64,000 nt of DNA from Mycobacteriales bacterium (GTDB lineage: Bacteria; Actinomycetota; Actinomycetes; JAFAQI01): contig DASSEX010000085.1 in the NCBI GenBank assembly GCA_035695045.1, positions 6,440 through 70,439 on the forward strand, in the 5' to 3' direction. Of this stretch, positions 63,196 through 64,000 are shown one piece after another. The notes beneath the pieces were generated by a model that was given only the letters and a program-made list of their open reading frames with translations, had not been told where the DNA came from and did not search any database. Each line of letters opens with the position of its first letter. Position 1 is the first letter of the stretch. Made by a program: the position numbers and the translations under genes.

Positions 63196-64000
63196 TCACG
63201 CGACTGGATGACGCCGCTGCGGTTCGCGGCCCGCGGGTTGCTGCGGCCGCGGCTGCGGCGGCGTCGCCGGGATCGGCAGCGTCACCGCTTCGTGCTCGGT
63301 CAGCTCGAAGGCCTCCCCGTGGTGCGTGAGGTGCAGCCTGGTGCCGCCGTCGGTCAGCGCGTACGTCGCCTTGTCCGGGCGGATGTCCACGCGCAGCCGC
63401 GCGCCGCGGTAGAGGAGGTTGAACCGCAGCCGGCTCAGCCCGCCGGGCAGTCGCGGCGCGAACGTCAGCCGGCCGGAGTGGTCTCGCGTCCCGCCGAACC
63501 CGCACACCAACGCCGACCAGGCGCCCGCCAGTGACGCCATGTGCAGGCCGTCGCGGGTGTTGTGCTTGAGGTCGCGTAGGTCGACGAGCGCGGCTTCCGC
63601 GGCGTAGTCCAGCGCAAGGTCGAGGTGACCGACCTCGGCCGCGATGACCGCCTGTGTCGAGGCCGACAGCGACGAGTCGCGCACGGTCAGCGCCTCGTAG
63701 TAGTCGAAGTTGCGACGCTTCTGTTCGGGGGTGAACGCGTCGCCGCACAGCTGCATCGCCAGCACGAGGTCGGCCTGCTTGACGACCTGCTTCCGATAGA
63801 GGTCGAAGTAGGGGTAGTGCAGGAGCAGCGGGTAGTGATCCGCGGGGGTTGCTTGGAAGTCCCAGGTCGCATGCTCGGTGAACGACTCGTCCTGCGGGTG
63901 GACCTGCAGATGCTCGTCGTACGGGATGACCATGTCGTTGGCGGCATCGCGCCAGCTCGCGGTCTCCTCGACGTCCACGCCGAGCTCGCGCGCGTCCTCC
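63196..64000 (-). CDS. Glycoside hydrolase family 65 (disaccharide phosphorylase-like), C-terminal part; 5' end off-window
   Basis: HYPLLLHYPYFDLYRKQVVKQADLVLAM ... RDSSLS ... HMASLAGAW are GH65 catalytic-domain motifs. The frame stays open to the window end. Confidence 0.85.
   Translation of the reverse strand, partial: EDARELGVDVEETASWRDAANDMVIPYDEHLQVHPQDESFTEHATWDFQATPADHYPLLLHYPYFDLYRKQVVKQADLVLAMQLCGDAFTPEQKRRNFDYYEALTVRDSSLSASTQAVIAAEVGHLDLALDYAAEAALVDLRDLKHNTRDGLHMASLAGAWSALVCGFGGTRDHSGRLTFAPRLPGGLSRLRFNLLYRGARLRVDIRPDKATYALTDGGTRLHLTHHGEAFELTEHEAVTLPIPATPPQPRPQQPAGREPQRRHPVA

Noticed and set aside
1-64000. Search by eye for rRNA, tRNA, tmRNA, CRISPR arrays, IS elements, integrases, phage genes, toxin-antitoxin pairs, known defence systems and NRPS/PKS/RiPP cores
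   Set aside because: Nothing was found. The longest non-coding stretches are about 220 nt, none shows tRNA-like T-arm sequence or spaced direct repeats, and composition is uniformly GC-rich with no low-GC island. Absence is by inspection only and should be confirmed with tRNAscan-SE, Infernal, ISEScan, DefenseFinder and antiSMASH.

Overview
Very GC-rich, actinobacterium-like chromosomal segment that is almost fully coding. I call 62 CDS on both strands, many with stop/start overlaps. I saw no rRNA, tRNA, CRISPR, transposase, integrase or phage genes. The ORF track is dominated by GC-driven shadow ORFs, so real genes were picked by recognisable protein motifs, third-position GC bias and RBS/start context, and many track ORFs were trimmed to internal starts. 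Content: (i) 1-4.3 kb holds a redox membrane module, an OmpR-type two-component system and a NuoF-like flavoprotein. (ii) 5-39 kb is a dormancy/hypoxia-style island with 4 universal stress protein genes (6 USP domains), 3 P-type ATPases, an Acg-type nitroreductase, a CBS protein and an Rv2004c-like APH/P-loop fusion. It also carries a DosS/DosT-like GAF-GAF protein that lacks the kinase core, a DDAH-like enzyme, an arginine deiminase fused into a MacB/FtsX ABC operon, and cell-wall enzymes (NlpC/P60, L,D-transpeptidase, two polysaccharide deacetylases). Ten copies of a DosR/DevR-like palindrome precede these genes. (iii) 39-48 kb holds mixed genes including CsoR plus a YHS-permease, a sulfotransferase and a GT4/PIG-L/flippase-like/PAP2 glycolipid cluster. 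(iv) 48-64 kb holds two PP2C phosphatases, Kup, GH15, an EthA-like monooxygenase bracketed by two copies of a 23-bp-arm palindromic repeat, a DEAD-box helicase, secreted hydrolases and a GH65 fragment. No classical defence system, biosynthetic core enzyme or mobile element is evident. The most interesting candidates are the DosR-like regulon architecture, the kinase-less heme-GAF/DDAH pair and the palindromic repeat family. All functional calls are by-eye motif recognition without any database search, and start codons are best guesses.
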